DNA of 64,000 bases. It comes from Octopus vulgaris. Its lineage: Eukaryota. The stretch spans positions 46,128,001 to 46,192,000 of the forward strand of contig OX597835.1 in the NCBI GenBank assembly GCA_951406725.2, in the 5' to 3' direction. This document shows positions 12,235 to 26,263 of this stretch, piece by piece (positions within the stretch are counted from its first letter, which is position 1; each line of letters starts with the position of its first letter). The notes below the pieces were generated by a model. The model did not search any database. It saw nothing but the letters and a program-made list of their open reading frames with translations, and had not been told where the DNA came from. The position numbers and the translations under genes are program-made.

Positions 12235-12560
12235 GCCCCTGTCCTTGTACTATCCACCATTCATGTTTTTTATTTCTGTTTTTTATTTCTATTTTTGTTT
12301 CTTGTATTTATATTCGTGTGGCATCCTGTCTTTGTTTTGTATACATTCGTCCTCTTTCTAAGAAATCTAATGCCTATGACTTAGTTCTTGGGGCTGGCCG
12401 GTTCGGAGTAATATCGAGATTAAACAGCCGAAATTACTAAGATGATCCGGTTCCCGACTGAAGATTAGAGGCTTCGAGTGACCCGTCTGTTTTCTTGTGT
12501 CGTCTCTTTGTGTGTTTTTGCGTTCTTGTCCCACTTTGTAATTTATATTTTATATTTAAT
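12235..12560 (+). mobile_element. TA-adjacent repeat carrying the permuted hammerhead motif (diverged copy)
   Basis: Aligns with ~32455-32758; boundaries approximate. Confidence 0.65.
12392..12464 (+). ncRNA. Candidate non-circularly permuted hammerhead ribozyme with kink-turn (copy 1)
   Basis: GGCTG g CCGGTTC gGA GTAA-TA-TCGAGA ttaaa CAGCC GAAA TTAC taa GA t GATCCGG t TCCCGA CTGAAGA; predicted cleavage after 12413. Confidence 0.7.
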
Positions 12561-12566
12561 TTCTAT

Positions 12567-12638
<72 letters not shown>

Positions 12639-12959
12639 CTTTCTGTTTCTTCCTTTCTGGGTCGATAAAATAAGTACCAGTTGAGAACTGCTGCCATTGT
12701 AATCAACTTACCTACTCTTTCAAACTTTCTGGCCTTGTGCCAAAATTTGAAAGCAATATTTCGGCATCTATTGTAAAGTCCACGGTTCAGTAACGAATTT
12801 AGAAAGAGACTAAAGCATGTTTTAAATTATTTCCTAAACTCTCAGGACGCTTATGTTTAGGACTCCCACGAGTTCCAGGGTTCATAAATCTGGGGTTCAA
12901 CCCGGTTTTCATGGTGTCTCGGTCACTAATTTTCTGACATTCTTCTCTAAACGAGAAGC

Positions 12960-13103
12960 CAGCTGTCGCAGGGGTTAACTTCAAGTCATTCCTGGTACTC
13001 GTTGAAGGTGGAGTGAACTGGAGCAACGCGATATGAAAAGTTTTGCTCAAGATATTAAACGTATGACCGTAAGATTGTGGGTGCGACGCCTTAACCACTT
13101 AGC
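12960..13103 (-). mobile_element. Degenerate SINE head shared with family D
   Basis: GAGTGAACTGGAGCAACG...TTGCTCAAG is the reverse complement of ~43113-43157. Confidence 0.55.
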
Positions 13104-13489
13104 AAATAAATATGATAAACACTGGTTAATTTTATTTTATTTGTCATGTCTATGATCACAACTGTTTCTTTGCCTCTCTTTCAAAGGCAACGAATTGTCA
13201 AAAAAGTAGAGCGGTGAAAATAATGCTAAGCGTTATGATTTTTTTTCCTAGATTTTGTATGTTCCACGTTCAAGTCTCGCTGGGGTCAAATCTTCCTTTC
13301 GGCGTGGATGAAATATTTTATGAGTTAAGTATTGTAGCCGACGGTATCAAATTATCCTTTCCCTGAAATATTGTTGGCCTATTTTGATTAAATTTCAAGC
13401 GTTTTTGTTTTGTTTTGGTTTGGTTTGGCTTACGGTTTAGTTTTTCACTTACTGTATATATAAATATGTATAAACAGGTTATATAAAAA

Positions 13490-13880
13490 ATATATAAAAG
13501 TCAAGTTGTCTGTCTGTCTCCTACGATTTAGATTCCTAACTACTCCCACATTTTGCGGTGCAGTTTAACCAAAAGCGGGTATCTTATAGTCGTGATTCAT
13601 ATCGAGCCCTTCTGGGTATTAGCGCGCGTCTACGATGAGTCTATGATTTAAAAAAAAATTACCATAAATTTTTTTCCATTTTAATGCATTTTTTTCGCTA
13701 TTATATAAGCGAAGTAACTCTCTAAAAATGTCTGCGATGAGTCAACGATTTAAAAATAATTTACCATCATTTTTTTCCATTTTTAATGCATTTTTTTGCT
13801 ATTTTTTGGCTATAACTCTCAAAAATGCTTATATAGTTATTTCCCTTACAAACCCGAGCAACGCCGGGCGATACTGCTAT
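13490..13880 (+). mobile_element. Non-autonomous Helitron
   Basis: 5' ATATATAAAA..GTCTGTCTGTC; 3' hairpin CCCGAGCAACGCCGGG then CTAT (decayed CTAG); internal ~100-bp tandem duplication 13628-13826. Confidence 0.7.
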
Positions 13881-14490
13881 TAAAAAATATAATAACTTAC
13901 TGTATATATGAAAATATACCGCTATATTTTTATTGGATCTTGTATCAATGTTACGTTACCTGATTCTGTCTCATTCCGGTGCAAATAATTCAAATAGAAA
14001 TCACACACTGACGCTAATATAAACGACTGCTTTACAATTATTCACTGCCGATTTATTGTCATAAAACCCGGGATGTATATTTGCGTAGGATTGTCATGGC
14101 ATTGTATATAAAGTGATGCAACACATTTGTGTAAATATGGAGCACAAAACACAGAGAATGATATTCACTTCACGCAATAACAAGAGAGAATACATACAAC
14201 GTAACATGTAGGTGCATTTCCCATATGCCAGAAATAACAGCTTGCTCTTTCTCAAATGACACCCTGCTGCCTTAAAACAAGGAAACATTGCACAGTGCAT
14301 TACAGTGGAGCGAGATATTATTATGACTTGAAAGACCCACATTTCTGAATAATGTGTTCGCTCTGTGTTTGTAGAATAAAATGAGGTTAGAGTGAGGTGT
14401 GATTTCGGAGTTGCACACAGAAGTTTGTATGGAATCCACAGTTACCCAAACAACATAAAATACTATAATCTTGCTCACTGAGGACTCCAT

Positions 14491-14640
14491 GGCACTTCGT
14501 CGGTTACGACGACGACGGTTCCAGCTGTTTCAATCAACGGAACAGCCTGCCCGTGAAATTAACACGCATATCCTTAATGTAGTTCTCAGAGAGATTCAGC
14601 ATTACACAGAGTATCACTGAGGCCTGGTCTCTTGATATTA
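14491..14640 (-). mobile_element. SINE family E 3' end
   Basis: GGCACTTCGTCGGTTACGAC is the reverse complement of the tail at ~22484-22503. Confidence 0.6.
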
Positions 14641-15025
14641 AGGCAACATGGATCATACCGATGATGACGACTCAAATTTAATAAACAGAAATTTAATAAA
14701 GAAGCTTGTTGTTGACTTTAATCATATCAATTTCCTTTGGTACAAAATCCTATTCTACCACCTACATTAGTTTTGTATTTCTTCCTTTTGAGGGATGAGT
14801 ATGTCCTTGGGTTGCAGTTTTCAATCAACAGTTAAGTACGAGGCACTCATATCTGTTGCTTCAGGAATTTTTGTCTTCTACTTGGGTGCGAGCCATATAG
14901 TACTTTACTATTTACAAGGAATAGTCGTCGTAGATTCGAACGTGTTGCTGTCCAATTGTTATTTTTATGTCACTTTTCAATCTAGATCTAAACAGATTTA
15001 GTAGTCCTGTGGCCATTACGTCTTT

Positions 15026-15066
<41 letters not shown>

Positions 15067-15082
15067 TGTAAATTCCATAGTC

Positions 15083-15460
15083 TTTTCAAAGAAGCTTGAG
15101 AGGCGGTTGGATGGAATCTACACTCGCCTCCTTATGAGAGCTCAAAATCTCTCGTGGAAGCGTCATCCAACCAAAATGCAAATATATGGGAAACTACCAC
15201 CCGTGTCATCTCTTGTGAAAGGTAGGAGAGTCCAGTTTGCTGGACATTGTTGTAGAGCTGAAAAGGAGGCAATTTCTCCTCTTCTCCTCTGGAAGCCATC
15301 TACTCGCAATACCCGAGGACGCACACTTTCCTACCCTGATGTAATCTCCAGGGATACAGGCATTCAGCAACAGGACCTCCGTAATGTTATGATGGACCGC
15401 GAAGTCTGGCGTATCATGGTAAATTCCATTGTCTCGACCACGGTCGAACAATGATGATGA
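15083..15460 (+). mobile_element. 5'-truncated RTE-clade LINE (ORF C-terminus)
   Basis: LDGIYTRLLMRAQNLSW...RRVQFAGHCCR...MMDREVWR; (TGA)n tail directly after the stop. Confidence 0.85.
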
Positions 15461-16214
15461 TATATACATACATATATACATATATATGTCTACATTGATC
15501 GAAGAATTCTATTTTCTTATAATTGTAATGCATGCCACTAGAAGAAGATTTGGCTGCTATTTCGATCAAAAGGCTGTTGGAGACCTATTCTGTTGATGTA
15601 CATTTTTTTCATGTTATTGTTGTTGTTGCTGCTGGTTTTAAGTGTTGCTTTTTCGTCTCATATCAGATTAACGACTGTAACAGGTAGTTCTCTGACAAAA
15701 AACCATTCGAGTTACACTGTTTTTTTGGAATAGTGAAGACTATACATCATATTCAAACGTTCGAAGATAGTCTTTAGAAGACGGTCGGGTTTAGTTCGAG
15801 TGAAATATCGGTTGCTATGTCTAGCGGCTTAGCATCTCTAGCCACCACGTAGATGAGTTTTGACTCCTAACCCCATTTGGAGATCCTGGTGATGCAAACA
15901 TCAGCAATGATCAAGGTGGACATAGCCAGAGCATTGCAACATTATTGCTCTTGGTATCTATTATACACAGAGGTACTGTAACATATTAATTCCGCACAAG
16001 GAGTATCGATATTCTGGGTGAGCTGTAAACCTTTTATAAATGTATCATTAGACTTTATAAAATCATTGTTAATTCTTTAGCTTTCTGAGGAATGATCTTT
16101 CATAATTTTAATATCCTGAAGGGTGAGTCTTTAAAATGTGCGGGGCGGAATTTATGTACATTTTTTCCAAATTTTTTAGATATTGTTTTGAAAATTTACC
16201 ATGCAAAATATCTT

Positions 16215-16600
16215 TTATCTTTTACTTGATCCAGTCATTAGGCTGCGGCCATACTGGGGTACAGCCTTGAAGAACTTTTTGTTGAATGAATCAAACCCCA
16301 GCACTTATTTTTTTTTAGCCAATTACTTATTCTATCGGTCTCTTATACTGAACCGCATATTCAAGGGAACGTAAACAAACAACACCAATTGTTAAGTGTC
16401 GGGTGTTTGACAAACACAAGCACAAAAGCAGATACACATATACATATATAGAAATACGACGGGCTTCTTTCAGTTTTCGTTTGCTTTGCTCGGCTGGAGG
16501 CTGTAGTCGAAGATCTTGCTCTAGGCACCACTAAATGTAACTGAACCTCGAACCATGTGGTTGGGATGCAAGCTTCTTACTACACAACCAGACTTGCATC
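16215..16600 (-). mobile_element. Degenerate SINE family A
   Basis: TATTCTATCGGTCTC, ACGACGGGCTTCTTTCAGTT, GAACCATGTGGTTGG. Confidence 0.75.
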
Positions 16601-16642
16601 TTAACAATTTTAATTTGTTTCAGTTCCAGTTTGCACAAATTA

Positions 16643-17824
16643 CAGGGTGCGTCGTAAAAAATTCTCGATTATTTAAATAAGTTGCTAATAAATTTAGTTT
16701 GAAACTGCACAAATATAATTAAATGCGCTCCTCGAATTTTCGATTGTTCATATACACTCCATTGTTTGTTTACATTCAGTGAATAAAATGTTTCAAAATG
16801 GCCGCTAAAAAGCTAAGTAGCGTTGAAAAAAAAAAGAAGGACGTAACACCAAAGAAGTGGATCTAAGGATTGGCGTTGATCCCATTGCCGGTCGAAAACG
16901 ATCCATAAGGACGAAACAATTGGTGGATAACTTCCGAGAAAAGGTGTCGCGAAATCCACGGCAAATCATTAGACAAATGGCAAAGTCTCGATATCTCCCT
17001 GGCAACCATGCGACAGGTTGTGTATGAAGGATTAAATTGTATGTCATTAAAATTTCAACATCGACACCTAATTACAGCTGCGTCCTTAAAAAAGGGACTG
17101 GACAGATGCAAGAAAGTGGCGGAGGAGATTCAGAGCACCGATGACAATGTTTTCATCTAGTCGGGCGAAAAGATATTCACCGCCGAGGCTGTAGCGAACA
17201 CCTGGAATGATACGATTTGGGGCAAGAGGACGGACGCTGTTGCCAACAGCGCTCGTGAGGTGTTTTGCCGAATGAAACCCGACGGAGTTTGAGCGGCAGT
17301 GTCATCCATTGGTGGAAAATCTCCTCTACTGTCCATTAAAGAGAGGAGTCGGCATTTTACATGAATATGTTGGAGGATAATGTTTTGCCATGGATGACCT
17401 AAGCATTTCGAGCTAAGTATGTGCTCACGTAAGACGGCGCTCTTTCTCATACGTCCAACGTGAAACAGCAGTGGTGCAGGAGCTATTTCAACGAGTTCTG
17501 GGACAAAATGTGTGACCACGCTCCAACCCAAGCGTCAACCCTTTAGACTTCCCTATTTGTTTTAAGCTACAAAAAAGCGCTTGAAAGGGTTCCTACAAAA
17601 ATATCACTGCCTTACTAGCATAATGGGATCGTTTAATCGAAGACCTTATACGGCGTTCGTGTGACTATATTCTCGACCATCTTTAGGCGATTTTCAAGGC
17701 AAGAGGCAGACATATTGAATGAAGCATATCTTAAAAGGTTACATGACCGTATTTAATTCAATCCTAAAGGACTTGTGTGTTTTATGACTAAAAATCAATC
17801 GCGAATTCTTTACGGCGCCCCCTG
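16643..17824 (+). mobile_element. Decayed Tc1/mariner-superfamily transposon, DD37D (maT-like)
   Basis: TA-flanked ~28-bp TIRs CAGGGTGCGTCGTAAAAAATTC / GAATTCTTTACGGCGCCCCCTG; relics SGEKIFT and DGALSHTS..QQWC..FWDK..PSVNPLDF with ~37 residues D-to-D across a frameshift. Confidence 0.85.
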
Positions 17825-18394
17825 TAGAGATGGTTGCAAACAACAGCTTCGATGCATCAAAATAAATTTACTTGTGAAGCCTTCAGTTACGGAATATTTC
17901 ATTCACAACTTGAATCCCACTGACGTTGTTTTTAACTTTTATTCTTCAGAAGCGTTAAAATAAAGTACCTTTCAAGTATTGGTGTCTATGGAATCGGCAA
18001 TTCCTTACCCGTCGGAATTTCAGTTTCGTTCCCATATGTATATATATGATAAAAAAAAAGTTTTTATTAGGAGAGGCTACAGTTTGAACATTCGATTTAT
18101 TGTAAAATGATTGATTGTGCCCCGAGTTGGATGTCTATATTTTTTCATATTACGTATCTTGACATCTGAATCGTCAAGTGATGACAAAAATGGAACGTAA
18201 ATATAAAAATCGGTATATATATGTGCGTGTAAGCATATGATTTTATATGTGTGTATGTATATGTTTGTATATATATATATATAAATATATATATGTGTGT
18301 GTGTGTGTCTGGGTGGGTGTAAGCATATGTTTTTATATATATGTGTGTATGTGTGCATGTATATATTTGTATATATATATATATATATATATAT

Positions 18395-18473
<79 letters not shown>

Positions 18474-19540
18474 AATGTATGTATGTTTGGAAACAAATGG
18501 AAAATGATAGAAAAGAAAAGGTAAAATTGAATTATCATTAATCTTACAAATTCATACTTTTTTTTCTTGCTCGTGTTTTGTGTCAATTTTTGCCGATAAA
18601 ACGATAAAAAAAATTGGTTTGAATGATATGAAAAGATAACTGAATAAAACATGACATATGCGATATGATTTGATATGATATATGTTATGAAATATGTTTG
18701 CTTACATGTGCTTGCATGCGTATATATGTTATACACACACACATACATACATATGTATGCGCGCGCGAGTATTTCTTTACTTGTGTGCTGCTCCAATGAT
18801 AAATATATGTCTATGCGTATTTTGAGTGTGCCTGCGTATTTTTGTGTATGCCCGTGTATGCAAGTGTGTGCAAATGTTTGTAAATCTATGTATAACCAAG
18901 AGAAATATTGCTCCCTTATAAAACTGCATTGTGATATCTATTATAATCCGAAATTTCATAAGCCTACCTCCAAATTTCATTTCTATTTACTCTGAATTTG
19001 CTTCAGTTCAAGTTAAACCCAGTCAGTCATATTTTTCAAGACTCATTGTTAAGATACGAGGTGAACCACGTTATGTATTGGAGAAGGTTTATTTTAGTTT
19101 GTTTTGTTTTCCCTAGCTCAAGGTCAGTTCTGATCCCAGCAATGCGGATGTGACTACAGGTCATATCTACTCGTTCCAGGAATAAAGAAACACTGATCGC
19201 GATCGAACCGACAGAGCCATGAGAGAGCAGATTTGGTATCTCCCACCAAGGAAGAAAATCAAAATCGACGTGGCCTTTCTCAAAGGATAGCATGCAGCTT
19301 CATTCCCCATTAAGTCGGCAGCCTCTGCCTTCTATCTAGGTTAGTGCATTATTTCCATTTAGGTCTGTTATTATATTTATCATACGTTACCATATTTAAT
19401 GCACTAATCATGGAAATGCTAATAATAATGACTGATAAGGTTCCCAAAGGCCGATACCTGCACTTTGCTGAGACCGCACTGCTCAATATCAAATTCAAAC
19501 ACCGCATAGCATTCCATATCAAATATTAAATTAACTTAAC

Positions 19541-19710
19541 AGGAGTGGCTGTGTGGTAAGTAGCTTGCTAACCAACTACATGGTTCCGGGTTCAGTCCCA
19601 CTGCGTGGCATCTTGGGCAAGTGTCTTCTGCTATAGCCCCGGGCTGACCAAAGCCTTGTGAGTGCATTTGGTAGACGGAAACTGAAAGAAGCATGTCGTA
19701 TATATGTATG

Positions 19711-19741
<31 letters not shown>

Positions 19742-19958
19742 TTGTGTGTCTGTGTTTGTCCCCCTAGCATTGCTTGACAACCGATGCTGGTGTGTTTACG
19801 TCCCCGTCACTTAGCGGTTCAGCAAAAAAGACCGATAGAATAAGTACTGGGCTTACAAAGAATAAGTCCCGGGGTCGATTTGTTCGACTAAAGGTGGTGC
19901 TCCAGCATGGCCGCAGTCAAATGACTGAAACAAGTAAAAGAGTAAAAGAGTAAAGAGT
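19541..19958 (+). mobile_element. SINE family A
   Basis: Near-identical to 3586-4055. Confidence 0.9.
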
Positions 19959-20619
19959 ATTTAATTTTATCCATTTTGTATTAGTAGTAATTATTTAGAT
20001 AATTACTGATTCTTCACCTCACTCAGAAATGTATTATCAATTAAAATCAGTAGCAAAATGCAAAATAAAATATCATAAACATGTTGCTTACTACTTCTCT
20101 CCATTTCCCTCTCTTTTCCCTCTTTCTCTCTACCCTTTTCCTCTCTTCTCAGCCCCCTCTCTCTCCCTCTGCCTTCATGTACCAAACCTCAAGCATCGAC
20201 GACCGTTGACCTCGATTTGAAAGTAAGGAAACTCATGAAGCTTATTTGTTTACTCGTTTCGTTCAGCCCCTTTATTAAACGTTGGGCAGGCTAGGACGTC
20301 ACACCACACTCATAAATCGCCCGATCTGTCTAACAGCGACTTAGCTGTCAACTGTCCACCTAGTTTTGTATGCTTTAGCGACAACACAATCTTATACTAT
20401 TTGGCCCAAACCAGATCTCATCGATCTAGGGAAGGCCAGATTAACACCAATATAGGCCCTAAGAACTTAAAAAGAATTTGGTGCGCTATATATAAGTAAT
20501 CCATAATATACGTAATTCACATATACATACATACATACATACATACACACGCACATACATACACACACACACATATATATATATATATAGATAATTCATA
20601 ATACATAAAAAAGATAAAA

Positions 20620-20673
<54 letters not shown>

Positions 20674-22247
20674 TTGTGTGTGTATGCATATACGTACGTA
20701 TGTATTTCGTATGAGTGTATTTGTGGGTATATATTTGTATGCGTACATATGTGTATTTGTATCTACGCGTGAGTTCATGTATATGTATATATATATATGG
20801 CGGTGCTCCAGCATGGCCACAGCTCGTGAGCTGATACTAGATAAAATAAAATTAAAAATATATATATATATTCTCGTGTATGTGAAAGCACAGATATTTC
20901 TACGCACTCGCAAGTACCTGTGTTTGTATATGTCTGGGAGACTATGGGTGTATGTATATTAATATACGCGTATACCTATGCGCATATATATTTATATATG
21001 TTCCCGTTCCTGTGTTTATATCTGTAAGTCTGCACATGAATGTTTGAGTGTAAATTTCAATATATATACATATATTGGGATGTTTGTGTATGAATACATA
21101 TTTGTGTATTTAGGTATGGATGTGTATATATGTATATATATACTACACATAATGCTTGTAAACAAACGCGGAAGGCTTTGTCAGTTACGGAGAGAAAGCT
21201 ATTATGGAAGTATCATAGCACAATAATAACTGTACTAATATGTTATTCTCCGATTTGAAGCGACAATTTATAAATACAAAAAATTACTAGAAATTGATTA
21301 GCTTACACCAGCTAGAATCGAACCCAAAAAATCTAAGCTAACATGGCCAGTTGCACATCGGGTTGGGTCAACCGCTCACTCATAAATTTTAATCAAATTT
21401 GGTTAATATATACTTAAACTGTATAATAGTACATATGATATTTATAATCAAACGTGGAAGGTTTTGTAAATTATGGATACAAATCTACTATAGAAGGCTC
21501 ATATCATAATAATAATTGTATTCCTTTATTCTATTATGTTTCAGCCTTGAGGCTGTGGCCATGCTGGGGCACCGAATAATTTATAATAATAGTATTTTTT
21601 TTTTTATGGGTCTGAAAGCCACTATTAAATTCAAACCACGACGAACAGAGAACATGACATTCAAGTCAATGATTTTAATTTAACGTTGACAACACTTGTA
21701 TATCGCCTGAGGAAACACAACTAGATCTCATTATGCAAACAAACAGTTGCAAAATCAAATACTTGTATTCTTGGAGGACTATGGTGCGTCGAAACAATTG
21801 TAGCGAATGATAAATAAATATATAACCATACTCCTTCTTGATTGCAATTACTTCAGTCTCTGTGTGTTTGTGTCCGTGCGTGTGTGTGTGCATGTATGTA
21901 TGTATGTATATAATATATACACACACATATGCAGATAACTATTATAACTATATAAATGTATACACATTAACACGCATATGTGAGTTTGTGATTTCGTTAG
22001 AGATTGAGAGATACAGACAGTCAGACCGATAGAAAGAAAGAAAGAAAGAAATTCTAAATCACTTGCAATTAAACAGTCTATTACGGTTTAATTGAAACCG
22101 TTGTTGATTACGCTTATTTTTCTTGTGTTCATCAGCAAGTTTTTCATCTCTCCTTACTTAAAATATTGCAAGACTAACTGAATATATAACGTATAACATT
22201 TAACATTTAGTTGGTTCACAGAATCTGCTGTCTGTATAGTCTCATCT

Positions 22248-22505
22248 GAAGGCACGTGGCTTAGGGGTTGCGGTGTTCATCTCAATAAAGTAAGGTTGGA
22301 AGTTCGATATCTGGCGACGCATTTTATTCTATCTTGCTCCTTACCACATAACTGGCAAAAATGAGTTGTACCTGGAATCCCAAAGGGCCAGCCTTTTCAC
22401 ACTCTTATTCAGGCTGAATATCCTTTACAACTATGCTAAATGAGCCGGTTATTCCGCTGATCGGATCCAGCAGGACACATGTTGTCGTAACCGACGGAAT
22501 GCCAG
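22248..22505 (+). mobile_element. Degenerate tRNA-SINE family E
   Basis: GAAGGCACGTGGCTTAG A-box-like, AGTTCGATATC B-box, tail GTCGTAACCGACGG. Confidence 0.6.
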
Positions 22506-23399
22506 TATGGCGTACATTTTCTGGCGATAATCCACATTACTTAATGAATTGTTTTCCCAGTTATATTGCTACAATGTGGTAGAATCTGATATGACTGGAT
22601 TTAAATAAATAATTATGCTACGCACATCTTGTTTTGAATGTATTTCCATTGTTTATGTCTTAGTCGCTATCAGAATTATGCATTCAGTAGGCTGCCTAAT
22701 TCCGTTTTAATAAAGCGCTCATAATGTTGGTGTGGGTGTTATTTTTGAGGTTTCATTTACAGTCGAAGATTTTGGATCGCATCTTATTTAGATAATTGTT
22801 ACCTGTTTTTACGAGATTTATACAGAAGGTATTATGAAATCTGTACATTTCAGTAATATTCTACATATCGACGAAACTGGGGTTTTTATTTCCTCTTCAA
22901 TGTTTGTAATTGCATTCTTGTACGGAAGATTGTACAAGATGATATTCCTCTTGCCGAGATTAGTGTATTTTGCTTATGATGTTCTTAACATTTTCTCTGC
23001 ATTGTCAATAGAAAATTATTATCGAATACGTATAATACCCAAGTTTCACGTTCTCAGAGTTTAGCTATTATACACATCTTTAAAATATTCAATTTTTTGC
23101 CATTTCAAGATCAAATGACAGGTGTTTTGCTCTTCTGCTTACAATATTAACGAGATGATTATAAGAGTAGGCGATGGATTTATATTGAATTTCGATTGTT
23201 TAATCCTTACGGCTAAGCCTTGTGTGGCGCCTGACAACTTAACTGAGTGCAGATATTATTATTTGTAAGGGAGAGAAACTTTCAATTTACATTGGCGTTA
23301 TGTTATGGAGAATTTCCTGATACCACCAATTGTCTTTTTGTTTTACTGATAGTCCTTCAACATTACATTACTCAATACTCAATGCCTGATTCAGACATT

Positions 23400-24099
23400 A
23401 GACTGCGGCTATGCTTTTCTTTTTTTTTTTTTTTTTTTTGCAAGCCTGGTAATTATTCTATCAATTATTGGCGAACCAATAATTTACAGGGGGACTTAAA
23501 TAAGACGACATCGGTTGTCAACTGGTGGTGCAGAACAAACAGGAGTATAAACACACAACCTCACACATACACACACATACACATACACATAATCATGTAC
23601 AACGAAGGCGGCGAGTTGGCAGAAACGTTAGCGCGTCGGGCGAAATACGTAGCCGTATTTCGTCTGCCGTTACGTTGTGAGTCCAAATTCCGCCGAGGTC
23701 GACTTTGCCTTTCATCCTTTCGGGGTCGATAAATTAAGTACCAGTTACGCACTGGGGTCGATGTAATCGACTTAATACCTATGTCTGTCCTTGTTTGTCC
23801 CCTCTGTGTTTAGCCCCTTGTGGGTAATAGAGAAATAGGTATTTCGTCTGTATTTACGTTCTTAGTTTAAATTCCGCCGAGGTCGACTTTGCCTTCCATC
23901 CTCTCGGGATCGATAGATTAAGTACCAGTTGCGTACTTGGGTCGATCTAATCGTCTGGCCTTCCCAGTAAAAATTCCGGGCCGTGTGCCTTGAGTAGAAA
24001 AGATACTTATGTAGGACGAGTTTCTGCTCACCAAATCCACTCACGAGATTTTCGTTGGCCCAGGGTTGAGGAGCAAACATCTTACCATACAGCCACGCC
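23400..24099 (-). mobile_element. Old SINE family A copy split by a family B insertion
   Basis: 3' part 23400-23590 (CATCGGTTGTCAA); 5' part 24015-24099 (ACCAAATCCACTCAC, CTTACCATACAGCCAC). Confidence 0.65.
23606..24003 (+). mobile_element. Dimeric SINE family B with Meta/MESC-like central domain
   Basis: GCCTTTCATCCTTTCGGGGTCGATAAATTAAGTACCAG domain present twice; tRNA-like head. Confidence 0.85.
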
Positions 24100-25279
24100 G
24101 GTACTTCCTTTTATTAAGTAATTTGGGATACCCGACAAAATACTGACTGTGTGAGCTTATTGTTTTGTATTTTTTTAAATCTCAAAATATACATTTTAAA
24201 GAAATGAATGTTTACAAATCATTCTTAAATTAAATGGCGCTATAAATTATAATAATTAAGGTTTATTTTTGATTTAAAATTAATATGTTGATGTTACACT
24301 GTAAAGTTGTATACCATATCAAAGCTCGTAAAATTTTCTTTGCTTTGATATACATCTAAATTCAGAATTTACAACTTCAATATATAAAAAAATATTTTAA
24401 CATTATTATACTAACAATAGTATACTAGCGTTCTTAAATTAAATGGCTAAATTTCCTGGATTCTGTGGTGTATATATTCCTCATAAATGCATTGCGAATA
24501 AGCCCGCCATTTTCATAGATATGTAAAGATAAACATTCGTACATGCTACGACGAATTCTACGGTTGGCTATCGAGCTTGTAATGTTATGTTTTCTCTTAT
24601 ATTTCTTGAGTTTGTTGCACTGATGAACATGAAATGCATATTCTGCATTAAATGCGAAATCACATGTGATATGTAACTGAATTCTTTTTTAAAATGATGT
24701 GTTTTGAAGTTTTGCATTCGGTAAAATTTTGTTTATTTTTAGTAGTTTTGACCGCATTGGTCCCTCTTAGCGTGTTGGTATCTACGAATAGTAGTACCCT
24801 CAATATAATATACAAATATATATATATACGCATACACACACACACATGCAACATATACGTGTGTGTGTGCGTCTGTATGAAAAGTATGTCAATGACTATC
24901 TAACAACTTATACTTTACATACGATGATTTGTAGGATTGGTATCATAGCAATTCGTACTTTTCTAGAAGTTTAAAAACAAAACTGCATTTTCCTACAAAA
25001 GTGCACAAGCTTCAACAGTCTACTGCAAGACAAACAATTTTCCAAGATGTGTTTCTCCCTTTCTTTCTGCTTTCTGTGTGTCTGTCTGTCTGTCTCTCTT
25101 TCTCTCTCCCCCTCTCTCTCTGTAAATATATATACTCACATTTCACCATTTTTGCCCTCCTTCTTTTCATCTTTTGATTACGCTCTATTCACTCGTTCTT
25201 ATTCTATTCTTCATGCTTAATATATAATGCATGATATGTGCATGTGTATGTACGTCTATACACGCACATACATACCATA

Positions 25280-26263
<984 letters not shown>

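Noticed and set aside
21160-21490. Diverged ~38-bp direct repeat (AAACGYGGAAGG..)
   Set aside because: Likely an old transposon sub-repeat; not classifiable.
24614-24648. TGCA-CTGATGA-ACAT-GAAATGCATATTC-TGCA
   Set aside because: Stem II is essentially absent and the stem III/I register is inconsistent; may be chance.
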